DNA of 64,000 nt. It comes from Balanoglossus misakiensis. Taxonomy: Eukaryota; Animalia; Hemichordata. Below, piece after piece: positions 50,887-64,000 of the stretch. Numbering within the stretch: position 1 is the stretch's first letter; every line of letters starts with the position of its first letter. The translations under genes were made by a program, and so were the position numbers. Location of the stretch: NCBI GenBank assembly GCA_040954595.2, contig CM082595.2, forward strand, positions 269,590 through 333,589, in the 5' to 3' direction. Under the pieces are notes generated by a model. That model saw only the letters and a list, made by a program, of their open reading frames with translations, had not been told where the DNA came from and did no database searches.

Positions 50887-53009
50887 TGGTCATTCTTTGC
50901 CAAAATCCATGGGTTATAGCTCAGGAAAATCACCCAGAAATGACAATTTTTCGACTTTGCGGATTTTCGAAATTTGGTGATTTTTGGAGAAAAAGCATGG
51001 GTTATAGCTCAGGAAAATCACCCAGAAATGACAATTTTTCGACTTTGCGGATTTTCGAAATTTGGTGATTTTTGGAGAAAAAGCATGGGTTATAGCTCAG
51101 GAAAATCACCCAGAAATGACAATTTTTCGACTTTGCGGATTTTCGAAATTTGGTGATTTTTGGAGAAAAAGCATGGGTTATAGCTCAGGAAAATCACCCA
51201 GAAATGACAATTTTTCGACTTTGCGGATTTTCGAAATTTGGTGATTTTTGGAGAAAAAGCATGGGTTATAGCTCAGGAAAATCACCCAGAAATGGCAATT
51301 TTTCGACTTTGCGGATTTTCGAAATTTGGTGATTTTTGGAGAAAAAGCATGGGTTATAGCTCAGGAAAATCACCCAGAAATGACAATTTTTCGACTTTGC
51401 GGATTTTCGAAATTTGGTGATTTTTGGAGAAAAAGCATGGGTTATAGCTCAGGAAAATCACCCAGAAATGACAATTTTTCGACTTTGCGGATTTTCGAAA
51501 TTTGGTGATTTTTGGAGAAAAAGCATGGGTTATAGCTCAGGAAAATCACCCAGAAATGACAATTTTTCGACTTTGCGGATTTTCGAAATTTGGTGATTTT
51601 TGGAGAAAAAGCATGGGTTATAGCTCAGGAAAATCACCCAGAAATGACAATTTTTCGACCTTGCGGATTTTCGAAATTTGGTGATTTTTGGAGAAAAAGC
51701 ATGGGTTATAGCTCAGGAAAATCACCCAGAAATGACAATTTTTCGACCTTGCGGATTTTCGAAATTTGGTGATTTTTGGAGAAAAAGCATGGGTTATAGC
51801 TCAGGAAAATCACCCAGAAATGACAATTTTTCGACTTTGCGGATTTTCGAAATTTGGTGATTTTTGGAGAAAAAGCATGGGTTATAGCTCAGGAAAATCA
51901 CCCAGAAATGACAATTTTTCGACTTTGCGGATTTTCGAAATTTGGTGATTTTTGGAGAAAAAGCATGGGTTATAGCTCAGGAAAATCACCCAGAAATGAC
52001 AATTTTTCGACTTTGCGGATTTTCGAAATTTGGTGATTTTTGGAGAAAAAGCATGGGTTATAGCTCAGGAAAATCACCCAGAAATGACAATTTTTCGACT
52101 TTGCGGATTTTCGAAATTTGGTGATTTTTGGAGAAAAAGCATGGGTTATAGCTCAGGAAAATCACCCAGAAATGACAATTTTTCGACTTTGCGGATTTTC
52201 GAAATTTGGTGATTTTTGGAGAAAAAGCATGGGTTATAGCTCAGGAAAATCACCCAGAAATGACAATTTTTCGACTTTGCGGATTTTCGAAATTTGGTGA
52301 TTTTTGGAGAAAAAGCATGGGTTATAGCTCAGGAAAATCACCCAGAAATGACAATTTTTCGACTTTGCGGATTTTCGAAATTTGGTGATTTTTGGAGAAA
52401 AAGCATGGGTTATAGCTCAGGAAAATCACCCAGAAATGACAATTTTTCGACTTTGCGGATTTTCGAAATTTGGTGATTTTTGGAGAAAAAGCATGGGTTA
52501 TAGCTCAGGAAAATCACCCAGAAATGACAATTTTTCGACTTTGCGGATTTTCGAAATTTGGTGATTTTTGGAGAAAAAGCATGGGTTATAGCTCAGGAAA
52601 ATCACCCAGAAATGACAATTTTTCGACTTTGCGGATTTTCGAAATTTGGTGATTTTTGGAGAAAAAGCATGGGTTATAGCTCAGGAAAATCACCCAGAAA
52701 TGACAATTTTTCGACTTTGCGGATTTTCGAAATTTGGTGATTTTTGGAGAAAAAGCATGGGTTATAGCTCAGGAAAATCACCCAGAAATGACAATTTTTC
52801 GACTTTGCGGATTTTCGAAATTTGGTGATTTTTGGAGAAAAACCATGGGTTATAGCTCAGGAAAATCACCCAGAAATGACAATTTTTCGACTTTGCGGAT
52901 TTTCGAAATTTGGTGATTTTTGGAGAAAAAGCATGGGTTATAGCTCAGGAAAATCACCCAGAAATGACAATTTTTCGACTTTGCGGATTTTCGAAATTTG
53001 GTGATTTTT
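50887..53009 (-). repeat. Satellite block B: 88-bp monomer, inverted relative to A, ~24 near-identical copies
   Basis: The ORF track repeats every 88 bp. Diagnostic sequence ggagaaaaagcatgg...ctcaggaaaatcaccc. Confidence 0.97.
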
Positions 53010-56000
53010 TGAGAAAAATCATGGGTTATAGCTCATGAAATCACTCAGAAATGACAATTTTTCGACTTTGCGGATTTTCGAAATTTGGTGATTTTTTGAG
53101 AAAAATCATGGGTTATAGCTCATGAAATCACCCAGAAATGACAATTTTTCGACTTTGCGGATTTTCGAAATTTGGTGATTTTTTGAGAAAAAATCATGGG
53201 TTATAGCTCATGAAATCACTCAGAAATGACAATTTTTCGACTTTGCGGATTTTCGAAATTTGGTGATTTTTTGAGAAAAATCATGGGTTATAGCTCATGA
53301 AATCACCCAGAAATGACAATTTTTCGACTTTGCGGATTTTCGAAATTTGGTGATTTTTTGAGAAAAATCATGGGTTATAGCTCATGAAATCACTCAGAAA
53401 TGACAATTTTTCGACTTTGCGGATTTTCGAAATTTGGTGATTTTTTGAGAAAAATCATGGGTTATAGCTCATGAAATCACCCAGAAATGACAATTTTTCC
53501 ACTTTGCGGATTTTCGAAATTTGGTGATTTTTTGAGAAAAACCATGGGTTATAGCTCATGAAATCACCCAGAAATGACAATTTTTCCACTTTGCGGATTT
53601 ACGAAATTTGGTGATTTTTTGAGAAAAACCATGGGTTATAGCTCATGAAATCACTCAGAAATGACAATTTTTCGACTTTGCGGATTTTCGAAATTTGGTG
53701 ATTTTTTGAGAAAAATCATGGGTTATAGCTCATGAAATCACTCAGAAATGACAATTTTTCGACTTTGCGGATTTTCGAAATTTGGTGATTTTTTGAGAAA
53801 AATCATGGGTTATAGCTCATGAAATCACCCAGAAATGACAATTTTTCGACTTTGCGGATTTTCGAAATTTGGTGATTTTTTGAGAAAAATCATGGGTTAT
53901 AGCTCATGAAATCACTCAGAAATGACAATTTTTCGACTTTGCGGATTTTCGAAATTTGGTGATTTTTTGAGAAAAATCATGGGTTATAGCTCATGAAATC
54001 ACCCAGAAATGACAATTTTTCGACTTTGCGGATTTTCGAAATTTTGTGATTTTTTGAGAAAAATCATGGGTTATAGCTCATGAAATCACTCAGAAATGAC
54101 AATTTTTCGACTTTGCGGATTTTCGAAATTTGGTGATTTTTTGAGAAAAATCATGGGTTATAGCTCATGAAATCACCCAGAAATGACAATTTTTCCACTT
54201 TGCGGATTTTCGAAATTTGGTGATTTTTTGAGAAAAACCATGGGTTATAGCTCATGAAATCACCCAGAAATGACAATTTTTCCACTTTGCGGATTTACGA
54301 AATTTGGTGATTTTTTGAGAAAAACCATGGGTTATAGCTCATGAAATCACTCAGAAATGACAATTTTTCGACTTTGCGGATTTTCGAAATTTGGTGATTT
54401 TTTGAGAAAAATCATGGGTTATAGCTCATGAAATCACTCAGAAATGACAATTTTTCGACTTTGCGGATTTTCGAAATTTGGTGATTTTTTGAGAAAAACC
54501 ATGGGTTATAGCTCATGAAATCACCCAGAAATGACAATTTTTCCACTTTGCGGATTTACGAAATTTGGTGATTTTTTGAGAAAAACCATGGGTTATAGCT
54601 CATGAAATCACTCAGAAATGACAATTTTTCGACTTTGCGGATTTTCGAAATTTGGTGATTTTTTGAGAAAAATCATGGGTTATAGCTCATGAAATCACTC
54701 AGAAATGACAATTTTTCGACTTTGCGGATTTTCGAAATTTGGTGATTTTTTGAGAAAAATCATGGGTTATAGCTCATGAAATCACCCAGAAATGACAATT
54801 TTTCGACTTTGCGGATTTTCGAAATTTGGTGATTTTTTGAGAAAAATCATGGGTTATAGCTCATGAAATCACTCAGAAATGACAATTTTTCCACTTTGCG
54901 GATTTTCGAAATTTGGTGATTTTTTGAGAAAAACCATGGGTTATAGCTCATGAAATCACTCAGAAATGACAATTTTTCCACTTTGCGGATTTTCGAAATT
55001 TGGTGATTTTTTGAGAAAAACCATGGGTTATAGCTCATGAAATCACCCAGAAATGACAATTTTTCCACTTTGCGGATTTACGAAATTTGGTGATTTTTTG
55101 AGAAAAACCATGGGTTATAGCTCATGAAATCACTCAGAAATGACAATTTTTCGACTTTGCGGATTTTCGAAATTTGGTGATTTTTTGAGAAAAATCATGG
55201 GTTATAGCTCATGAAATCACCCAGAAATGACAATTTTTCGACTTTGCGGATTTTCGAAATTTGGTGATTTTTTGAGAAAAATCATGGGTTATAGCTCATG
55301 AAATCACTCAGAAATGACAATTTTTCGACTTTGCGGATTTTAGAAATTTGGTGATTTTTTGAGAAAAATCATGGGTTATAGCTCATGAAATCACTCAGAA
55401 ATGACAATTTTTCGACTTTGCGGATTTTCGAAATTTGGTGATTTTTTGAGAAAAATCATGGGTTATAGCTCATGAAATCACCCAGAAATGACAATTTTTC
55501 GACTTTGCGGATTTTCGAAATTTGGTGATTTTTTGAGAAAAATCATGGGTTATAGCTCATGAAATCACTCAGAAATGACAATTTTTCGACTTTGCGGATT
55601 TTCGAAATTTGGTGATTTTTTGAGAAAAATCATGGGTTATAGCTCATGAAATCACCCAGAAATGACAATTTTTCGACTTTGCGGATTTTCGAAATTTGGT
55701 GATTTTTTGAGAAAAACCATGGGTTATAGCTCATGAAATCACTCAGAAATGACAATTTTTCGACTTTGCGGATTTTCGAAATTTGGTGATTTTTTGAGAA
55801 AAATCATGGGTTATAGCTCATGAAATCACTCAGAAATGACAATTTTTCGACTTTGCGGATTTTTGAAATTTGGTGATTTTTTGAGAAAAATCATGGGTTA
55901 TAGCTCATGAAATCACCCAGAAATGACAATTTTTCGACTTTGCGGATTTTCGAAATTTGGTGATTTTTTGAGAAAAATCATGGGTTATAGCTCATGAAAT

Positions 56001-59000
56001 CACCCAGAAATGACAATTTTTCGACTTTGCGGATTTTCGAAATTTGGTGATTTTTTGAGAAAAATCATGGGTTATAGCTCATGAAATCACCCAGAAATGA
56101 CAATTTTTCGACTTTGCGGATTTTCGAAATTTGGTGATTTTTTGAGAAAAATCATGGGTTATAGCTCATGAAATCACCCAGAAATGACAATTTTTCGACT
56201 TTGCGGATTTTCGAAATTTGGTGATTTTTTGAGAAAAATCATGGGTTATAGCTCATGAAATCACCCAGAAATGACAATTTTTCGACTTTGCGGATTTTCG
56301 AAATTTGGTGATTTTTTGAGAAAAACCATGGGTTATAGCTCATGAAATCACCCAGAAATGACAATTTTTCGACTTTGCGGATTTTCGAAATTTGGTGATT
56401 TTTTGAGAAAAACCATGGGTTATAGCTCATGAAATCACCCAGAAATGACAATTTTTCGACTTTGCGGATTTTCGAAATTTGGTGATTTTTTGAGAAAAAT
56501 CATGGGTTATAGCTCATGAAATCACTCAGAAATGACAATTTTTCGACTTTGCGGATTTTCGAAATTTGGTGATTTTTTGAGAAAAATCATGGGTTATAGC
56601 TCATGAAATCACCCAGAAATGACAATTTTTCGACTTTGCGGATTTTCGAAATTTGGTGATTTTTTGAGAAAAATCATGGGTTATAGCTCATGAAATCACC
56701 CAGAAATGACAATTTTTCGACTTTGCGGATTTTCGAAATTTGGTGATTTTTTGAGAAAAACCATGGGTTATAGCTCATGAAATCACCCAGAAATGACAAT
56801 TTTTCGACTTTGCGGATTTTCGAAATTTGGTGATTTTTTGAGAAAAATCATGGGTTATAGCTCATGAAATCACCCAGAAATGACAATTTTTCGACTTTGC
56901 GGATTTTCGAAATTTGGTGATTTTTTGAGAAAAATCATGGGTTATAGCTCATGAAATCACCCAGAAATGACAATTTTTCGACTTTGCGGATTTTCGAAAT
57001 TTGGTGATTTTTTGAGAAAAATCATGGGTTATAGCTCATGAAATCACTCAGAAATGACAATTTTTCGACTTTGCGGATTTTCGAAATTTGGTGATTTTTT
57101 GAGAAAAATCATGGGTTATAGCTCATGAAATCACCCAGAAATGACAATTTTTCGACTTTGCGGATTTTCGAAATTTGGTGATTTTTTGAGAAAAACCATG
57201 GGTTATAGCTCATGAAATCACCCAGAAATGACAATTTTTCGACTTTGCGGATTTTCGAAATTTGGTGATTTTTTGAGAAAAATCATGGGTTATAGCTCAT
57301 GAAATCACCCAGAAATGACAATTTTTCGACTTTGCGGATTTTCGAAATTTGGTGATTTTTTGAGAAAAATCATGGGTTATAGCTCATGAAATCACCCAGA
57401 AATGACAATTTTTCGACTTTGCGGATTTTCGAAATTTGGTGATTTTTTGAGAAAAACCATGGGTTATAGCTCATGAAATCACCCAGAAATGACAATTTTT
57501 CGACTTTGCGGATTTTCGAAATTTGGTGATTTTTTGAGAAAAATCATGGGTTATAGCTCATGAAATCACTCAGAAATGACAATTTTTCGACTTTGCGGAT
57601 TTTCGAAATTTGGTGATTTTTTGAGAAAAACCATGGGTTATAGCTCATGAAATCACCCAGAAATGACAATTTTTCGACTTTGCGGATTTTCGAAATTTGG
57701 TGATTTTTTGAGAAAAACCATGGGTTATAGCTCATGAAATCACCCAGAAATGACAATTTTTCGACTTTGCGGATTTTCGAAATTTGGTGATTTTTTGAGA
57801 AAAACCATGGGTTATAGCTCATGAAATCACCCAGAAATGACAATTTTTCGACTTTGCGGATTTTCGAAATTTGGTGATTTTTTGAGAAAAATCATGGGTT
57901 ATAGCTCATGAAATCACCCAGAAATGACAATTTTTCGACTTTGCGGATTTTCGAAATTTGGTGATTTTTTGAGAAAAACCATGGGTTATAGCTCATGAAA
58001 TCACCCAGAAATGACAATTTTTCGACTTTGCGGATTTTCGAAATTTGGTGATTTTTTGAGAAAAATCATGGGTTATAGCTCATGAAATCACCCAGAAATG
58101 ACAATTTTTCGACTTTGCGGATTTTCGAAATTTGGTGATTTTTTGAGAAAAATCATGGGTTATAGCTCATGAAATCACTCAGAGATGACAATTTTTCGAC
58201 TTTGCGGATTTTCGAAATTTGGTGATTTTTTGAGAAAAATCATGGGTTATAGCTCATGTAATCACCCAGAAATGACAATTTTTCGACTTTGCGGATTTTC
58301 GAAATTTGGTGATTTTTTGAGAAAAATCATGGGTTATAGCTCATGAAATCACCCAGAAATGACAATTTTTCGACTTTGCGGATTTTCTAAATTTGGTGAT
58401 TTTTTGAGAAAAACCATGGGTTATAGCTCATGAAATCACCCAGAAATGACAATTTTTCGACTTTGCGGATTTTCGAAATTTGGTGATTTTTTGAGAAAAA
58501 CCATGGGTTATAGCTCATGAAATCACCCAGAAATGACAATTTTTCGACTTTGCGGATTTTCGAAATTTGGTGATTTTTTGAGAAAAATCATGGGTTATAG
58601 CTCATGAAATCACTCAGAAATGACAATTTTTCGACTTTGCGGATTTTCGAAATTTGGTGATTTTTTGAGAAAAATCATGGGTTATAGCTCATGAAATCAC
58701 TCAGAAATGACAATTTTTCGACTTTGCGGATTTTCGAAATTTGGTGATTTTTTGAGAAAAATCATGGGTTATAGCTCATGAAATCACCCAGAAATGACAA
58801 TTTTTCGATTTTGCGGATTTTCGAAATTTGGTGATTTTTTGAGAAAAATCATGGGTTATAGCTCATGAAATCACCCAGAAATGACAATTTTTCGACTTTG
58901 CGGATTTTCGAAATTTGGTGATTTTTTGAGAAAAATCATGGGTTATAGCTCATGAAATCACCCAGAAATGACAATTTTTCGACTTTGCGGATTTTCGAAA

Positions 59001-62000
59001 TTTGGTGATTTTTTGAGAAAAATCATGGGTTATAGCTCATGAAATCACTCAGAAATGACAATTTTTTGTCTTTGCGGATTTTCGAAATTTGGTGATTTTT
59101 TGAGAAAAATCATGGGTTATAGCTCATGAAATCACTCAGAAATGACAATTTTTTGTCTTTGCGGATTTTCGAAATTTGGTGATTTTTTGAGAAAAATCAT
59201 GGGTTATAGCTCATGAAATCACCCAGAAATGAAAATTTTTCGACTTTGCGGATTTTCGAAATTTGGTGATTTTTTGAGAAAAACCATGGGTTATAGCTCA
59301 TGAAATCACCCAGAAATGACAATTTTTCGACTTTGCGGATTTTCGAAATTTGGTGATTTTTTGAGAAAAATCATGGGTTATAGCTCATGAAATCACTCAG
59401 AAATGACAATTTTTCGACTTTGCGGATTTTCGAAATTTGGTGATTTTTTGAGAAAAATCATGGGTTATAGCTCATGAAATCACTGAGAAATGACAATTTT
59501 TCGACTTTGCGGATTTTCGAAATTTGGTGATTTTTTGAGAAAAATCATGGGTTATAGCTCATGAAATCACCCAGAAATGACAATTTTTCGACTTTGCGGA
59601 TTTTCGAAATTTGGTGATTTTTTGAGAAAAATCATGGGTTATAGCTCATGAAATCACCCAGAAATGACAATTTTTCGACTTTGCGGATTTTCGAAATTTG
59701 GTGATTTTTTGAGAAAAATCATGGGTTATAGCTCATGAAATCACCCAGAAATGACAATTTTTCGACTTTGCGGATTTTCGAAATTTGGTGATTTTTTGAG
59801 AAAAATCATGGGTTATAGCTCATGAAATCACTCAGAAATGACAATTTTTCGACTTTGCGGATTTTCGAAATTTGGTGATTTTTTGAGAAAAATCATGGGT
59901 TATAGCTCATGAAATCACCCAGAAATGACAATTTTTCGACTTTGCGGATTTTCGAAATTTGGTGATTTTTTGAGAAAAATCATGGGTTATAGCTCATGAA
60001 ATCACCCAGAAATGACAATTTTTCGACTTTGCGGATTTTCGAAATTTGGTGATTTTTTGAGAAAAATCATGGGTTATAGCTCATGAAATCACCCAGAAAT
60101 GACAATTTTTCGACTTTGCGGATTTTCGAAATTTGGTGATTTTTTGAGAAAAATCATGGGTTATAGCTCATGAAATCACTCAGAAATGACAATTTTTCGA
60201 CTTTGCGGATTTTCGAAATTTGGTGATTTTTTGAGAAAAATCATGGGTTATAGCTCATGAAATCACCCAGAAATGACAATTTTTCGACTTTGCGGATTTT
60301 CGAAATTTGGTGATTTTTTGAGAAAAATCATGGGTTATAGCTCATGAAATCACTCAGAAATGACAATTTTTCGACTTTGCGGATTTTCGAAATTTGGTGA
60401 TTTTTTGAGAAAAATCATGGGTTATAGCTCATGAAATCACCCAGAAATGACAATTTTTCGACTTTGCGGATTTTCGAAATTTGGTGATTTTTTGAGAAAA
60501 ATCATGGGTTATAGCTCATGAAATCACCCAGAAATGACAATTTTTCGACTTTGCGGATTTTCGAAATTTGGTGATTTTTTGAGAAAAACCATGGGTTATA
60601 GCTCATGAAATCACCCAGAAATGACAATTTTTCGACTTTGCGGATTTTCGAAATTTGGTGATTTTTTTGAGAAAAATCATGGGTTATAGCTCATGAAATC
60701 ACCCAGAAATGACAATTTTTCGACTTTGCGGATTTTCGAAATTTGGTGATTTTTTGAGAAAAATCATGGGTTATAGCTCATGAAATCACCCAGAAATGAC
60801 AATTTTTCGACTTTGCGGATTTTCGAAATTTGGTGATTTTTTGAGAAAAATCATGGGTTATAGCTCATGAAATCACTCAGAAATGACAATTTTTCGACTT
60901 TGCGGATTTTCGAAATTTGGTGATTTTTTGAGAAAAATCATGGGTTATAGCTCATGAAATCACCCAGAAATGACAATTTTTCGACTTTGCGGATTTTCGA
61001 AATTTGGTGATTTTTTGAGAAAAACCATGGGTTATAGCTCATGAAATCACCCAGAAATGACAATTTTTCGACTTTGCGGATTTTCGAAATTTGGTGATTT
61101 TTTGAGAAAAACCATGGGTTATAGCTCATGAAATCACCCAGAAATGACAATTTTTCGACTTTGCGGATTTTCGAAATTTGGTGATTTTTGAGAAAAACCA
61201 TGGGTTATAGCTCATGAAATCACCCAGAAATGACAATTTTTCGACTTTGCGGATTTTCGAAATTTGGTGATTTTTTGAGAAAAATCATGGGTTATAGCTC
61301 ATGAAATCACCCAGAAATGACAATTTTTCGACTTTGCGGATTTTCGAAATTTGGTGATTTTTTGAGAAAAATCATGGGTTATAGCTCATGAAATCACTCA
61401 GAAATGACAATTTTTCGACTTTGCGGATTTTCGAAATTTGGTGATTTTTTGAGAAAAATCATGGGTTATAGCTCATGAAATCACCCAGAAATGACAATTT
61501 TTCGACTTTGCGGATTTTCGAAATTGGTGATTTTTTGAGAAAAACCATGGGTTATAGCTCATGAAATCACCCAGAAATGACAATTTTTCGACTTTGCGGA
61601 TTTTCGAAATTTGGTGATTTTTTGAGAAAAATCATGGGTTATAGCTCATGAAATCACTCAGAAATGACAATTTTTCGACTTTGCGGATTTTCGAAATTTG
61701 GTGATTTTTTGAGAAAAATCATGGGTTATAGCTCATGAAATCACCCAGAAATGACAATTTTTCGACTTTGCGGATTTTCGAAATTTGGTGATTTTTTTGA
61801 GAAAAATCATGGGTTATAGCTCATGAAATCACTCAGAAATGACAATTTTTCGACTTTGCGGATTTTCGAAATTTGGTGATTTTTTTGAGAAAAACCATGG
61901 GTTATAGCTCATGAAATCACCCAGAAATGACAATTTTTCGACTTTGCGGATTTTCGAAATTTGGTGATTTTTTGAGAAAAATCATGGGTTATAGCTCATG

Positions 62001-64000
62001 AAATCACCCAGAAATGACAATTTTTCGACTTTGCGGATTTTCGAAATTTGGTGATTTTTGAGAAAAATCATGGGTTATAGCTCATGAAATCACTCAGAAA
62101 TGACAATTTTTCGACTTTGCGGATTTTGGAAATTTGGTGATTTTTTGAGAAAAATCATGGGTTATAGCTCATGAAATCACCCAGAAATGACAATTTTTCG
62201 ACTTTGCGGATTTGAAATTTGGTGATTTTTTGAGAAAAATCATGGGTTATAGCTCATGAAATCACCCAGAAATGACAATTTTTCGACTTTGCGGATTTTC
62301 GGTTATAGCTCATGAAATCACTCAGAAATGACAATTTTTCGACTTTGCGGATTTTCGAAATTTGGTGATTTTTTGAGAAAAATCATGGGTTATAGCTCAT
62401 GAAATCACCCAGAAATGACAATTTTTCGACTTTGCGGATTTTCGAAATTTGGTGATTTTTTGAGAAAAATCATGGGTTATAGCTCATGAAATCACTCAGA
62501 AATGACAATTTTTCGACTTTGCGGATTTTCGAAAATTTGGTGATTTTTTGAGAAAAATCATGGGTTATAGCTCATGAAATCACCCAGAAATGACAATTTT
62601 TCGACTTTGCGGATTTTCGAAATTTGGTGATTTTTTGAGAAAAACCATGGGTTATAGCTCATGAAATCACTCAGAAATGACAATTTTTCGACTTTGCGGA
62701 TTTTCGAAATTTGGTGATTTTTTGAGAAAAACCATGGGTTATAGCTCATGAAATCACTCAGAAATGACAATTTTTCGACTTTGCGGATTTTCGAAATTTG
62801 GTGATTTTTTGAGAAAAACCATGGGTTATAGCTCATGAAATCACCCAGAAATGACAATTTTTCGACTTTGCGGATTTTCGAAATTTGGTGATTTTTTGAG
62901 AAAAATCATGGGTTATAGCTCATGAAATCACTCAGAAATGACAATTTTTCGACTTTGCGGATTTTCGAAATTTGGTGATTTTTTGAGAAAAATCATGGGT
63001 TATAGCTCATGAAATCACCCAGAAATGACAATTTTTCGACTTTGCGGATTTTCGAAATTTGGTGATTTTTTGAGAAAAACCATGGGTTATAGCTCATGAA
63101 ATCACCCAGAAATGACAATTTTTCGACTTTGCGGATTTTCGAAATTTGGTGATTTTTTGAGAAAAATCATGGGTTATAGCTCATGAAATCACTCAGAAAT
63201 GACAATTTTTCGACTTTGCGGATTTTCGAAATTTGGTGATTTTTTGAGAAAAACCATGGGTTATAGCTCATGAAATCACCCAGAAATGACAATTTTTCGA
63301 CTTTGCGGATTTTCGAAATTTGGTGATTTTTTGAGAAAAATCATGGGTTATAGCTCATGAAATCACCCAGAAATGACAATTTTTCGACTTTGCGGATTTT
63401 CGAAATTTGGTGATTTTTTGAGAAAAACCATGGGTTATAGCTCATGAAATCACCCAGAAATGACAATTTTCGACTTTGCGGATTTTCGAAATTTGGTGAT
63501 TTTTTGAGAAAAATCATGGGTTATAGCTCATGAAATCACTCAGAAATGACAATTTTTCGACTTTGCGGATTTTCGAAATTTGGTGATTTTTTGAGAAAAA
63601 TCATGGGTTATAGCTCATGAAATCACTCAGAAATGACAATTTTTCGACTTTGCGGATTTTCGAAATTTGGTGATTTTTTGAGAAAAACCATGGGTTATAG
63701 CTCATGAAATCACCCAGAAATGACAATTTTTCGACTTTGCGGATTTTCGAAATTTGGTGATTTTTTGAGAAAAATCATGGGTTATAGCTCATGAAATCAC
63801 TCAGAAATGACAATTTTTCGACTTTGCGGATTTTCGAAATTTGGTGATTTTTTGAGAAAAACCATGGGTTATAGCTCATGAAATCACCCAGAAATGACAA
63901 TTTTTCGACTTTGCGGATTTTCGAAATTTGGTGATTTTTTGAGAAAAACCATGGGTTATAGCTCATGAAATCACCCAGAAATGACAATTTTTCGACTTTG
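53010..64000 (-). repeat. Satellite block C: 87-bp monomer, same orientation as B, ~126 copies, continues past the window
   Basis: Diagnostic sequence tgagaaaaa(t/c)catgg...ctcatgaaatcac(c/t)cag. 29-aa periodicity in spurious minus-strand ORFs. Confidence 0.97.

Noticed and set aside
50948-50968. CENP-B box-like TTCG...CGGA in the monomer
   Set aside because: The spacing is one base short of TTCGNNNNANNCGGG, and the conserved A and final G are missing.
50862-63987. Dozens of repeated 60-99-aa ORFs in the satellite
   Set aside because: They are by-products of the 88/87-bp periodicity. Minus-strand frames open or close on a single TGG/TGA variant, and there is no sign of coding constraint.
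48833-64000. CRISPR-like array
   Set aside because: Monomers are contiguous with no unique spacers, there are no cas genes, and the context is eukaryotic.

Overview
Intron-rich, AT-rich animal DNA, probably a marine invertebrate. The first ~48.7 kb is gene-dense. In order it holds: a circularly permuted Ras (G3-G4-G5-G1-G2) fused to a Zn-finger and VWA domain, running off the left edge; a head-to-head Cdc42/RhoJQ-like GTPase with no CaaX box; an ABCG half-transporter; ILKAP (PP2C); an unrecognised 836-aa protein with a SAM-like N-terminus and a long disordered tail full of YEN/YxxM tyrosine motifs; two tandem UNC93-like genes; two tandem single-CRD galectins; NECAP; ATAD3; a divergent LRR protein ending in CaaX; and a PLAC8-family gene. 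From ~48.83 kb to the end there is an 87-88-bp satellite array with a strand inversion at ~50,886, three sequence strata and local multi-monomer duplications. Exon structures were read by hand from GT-AG sites and reading-frame continuity. Family calls come from motif recognition, with no database searches.
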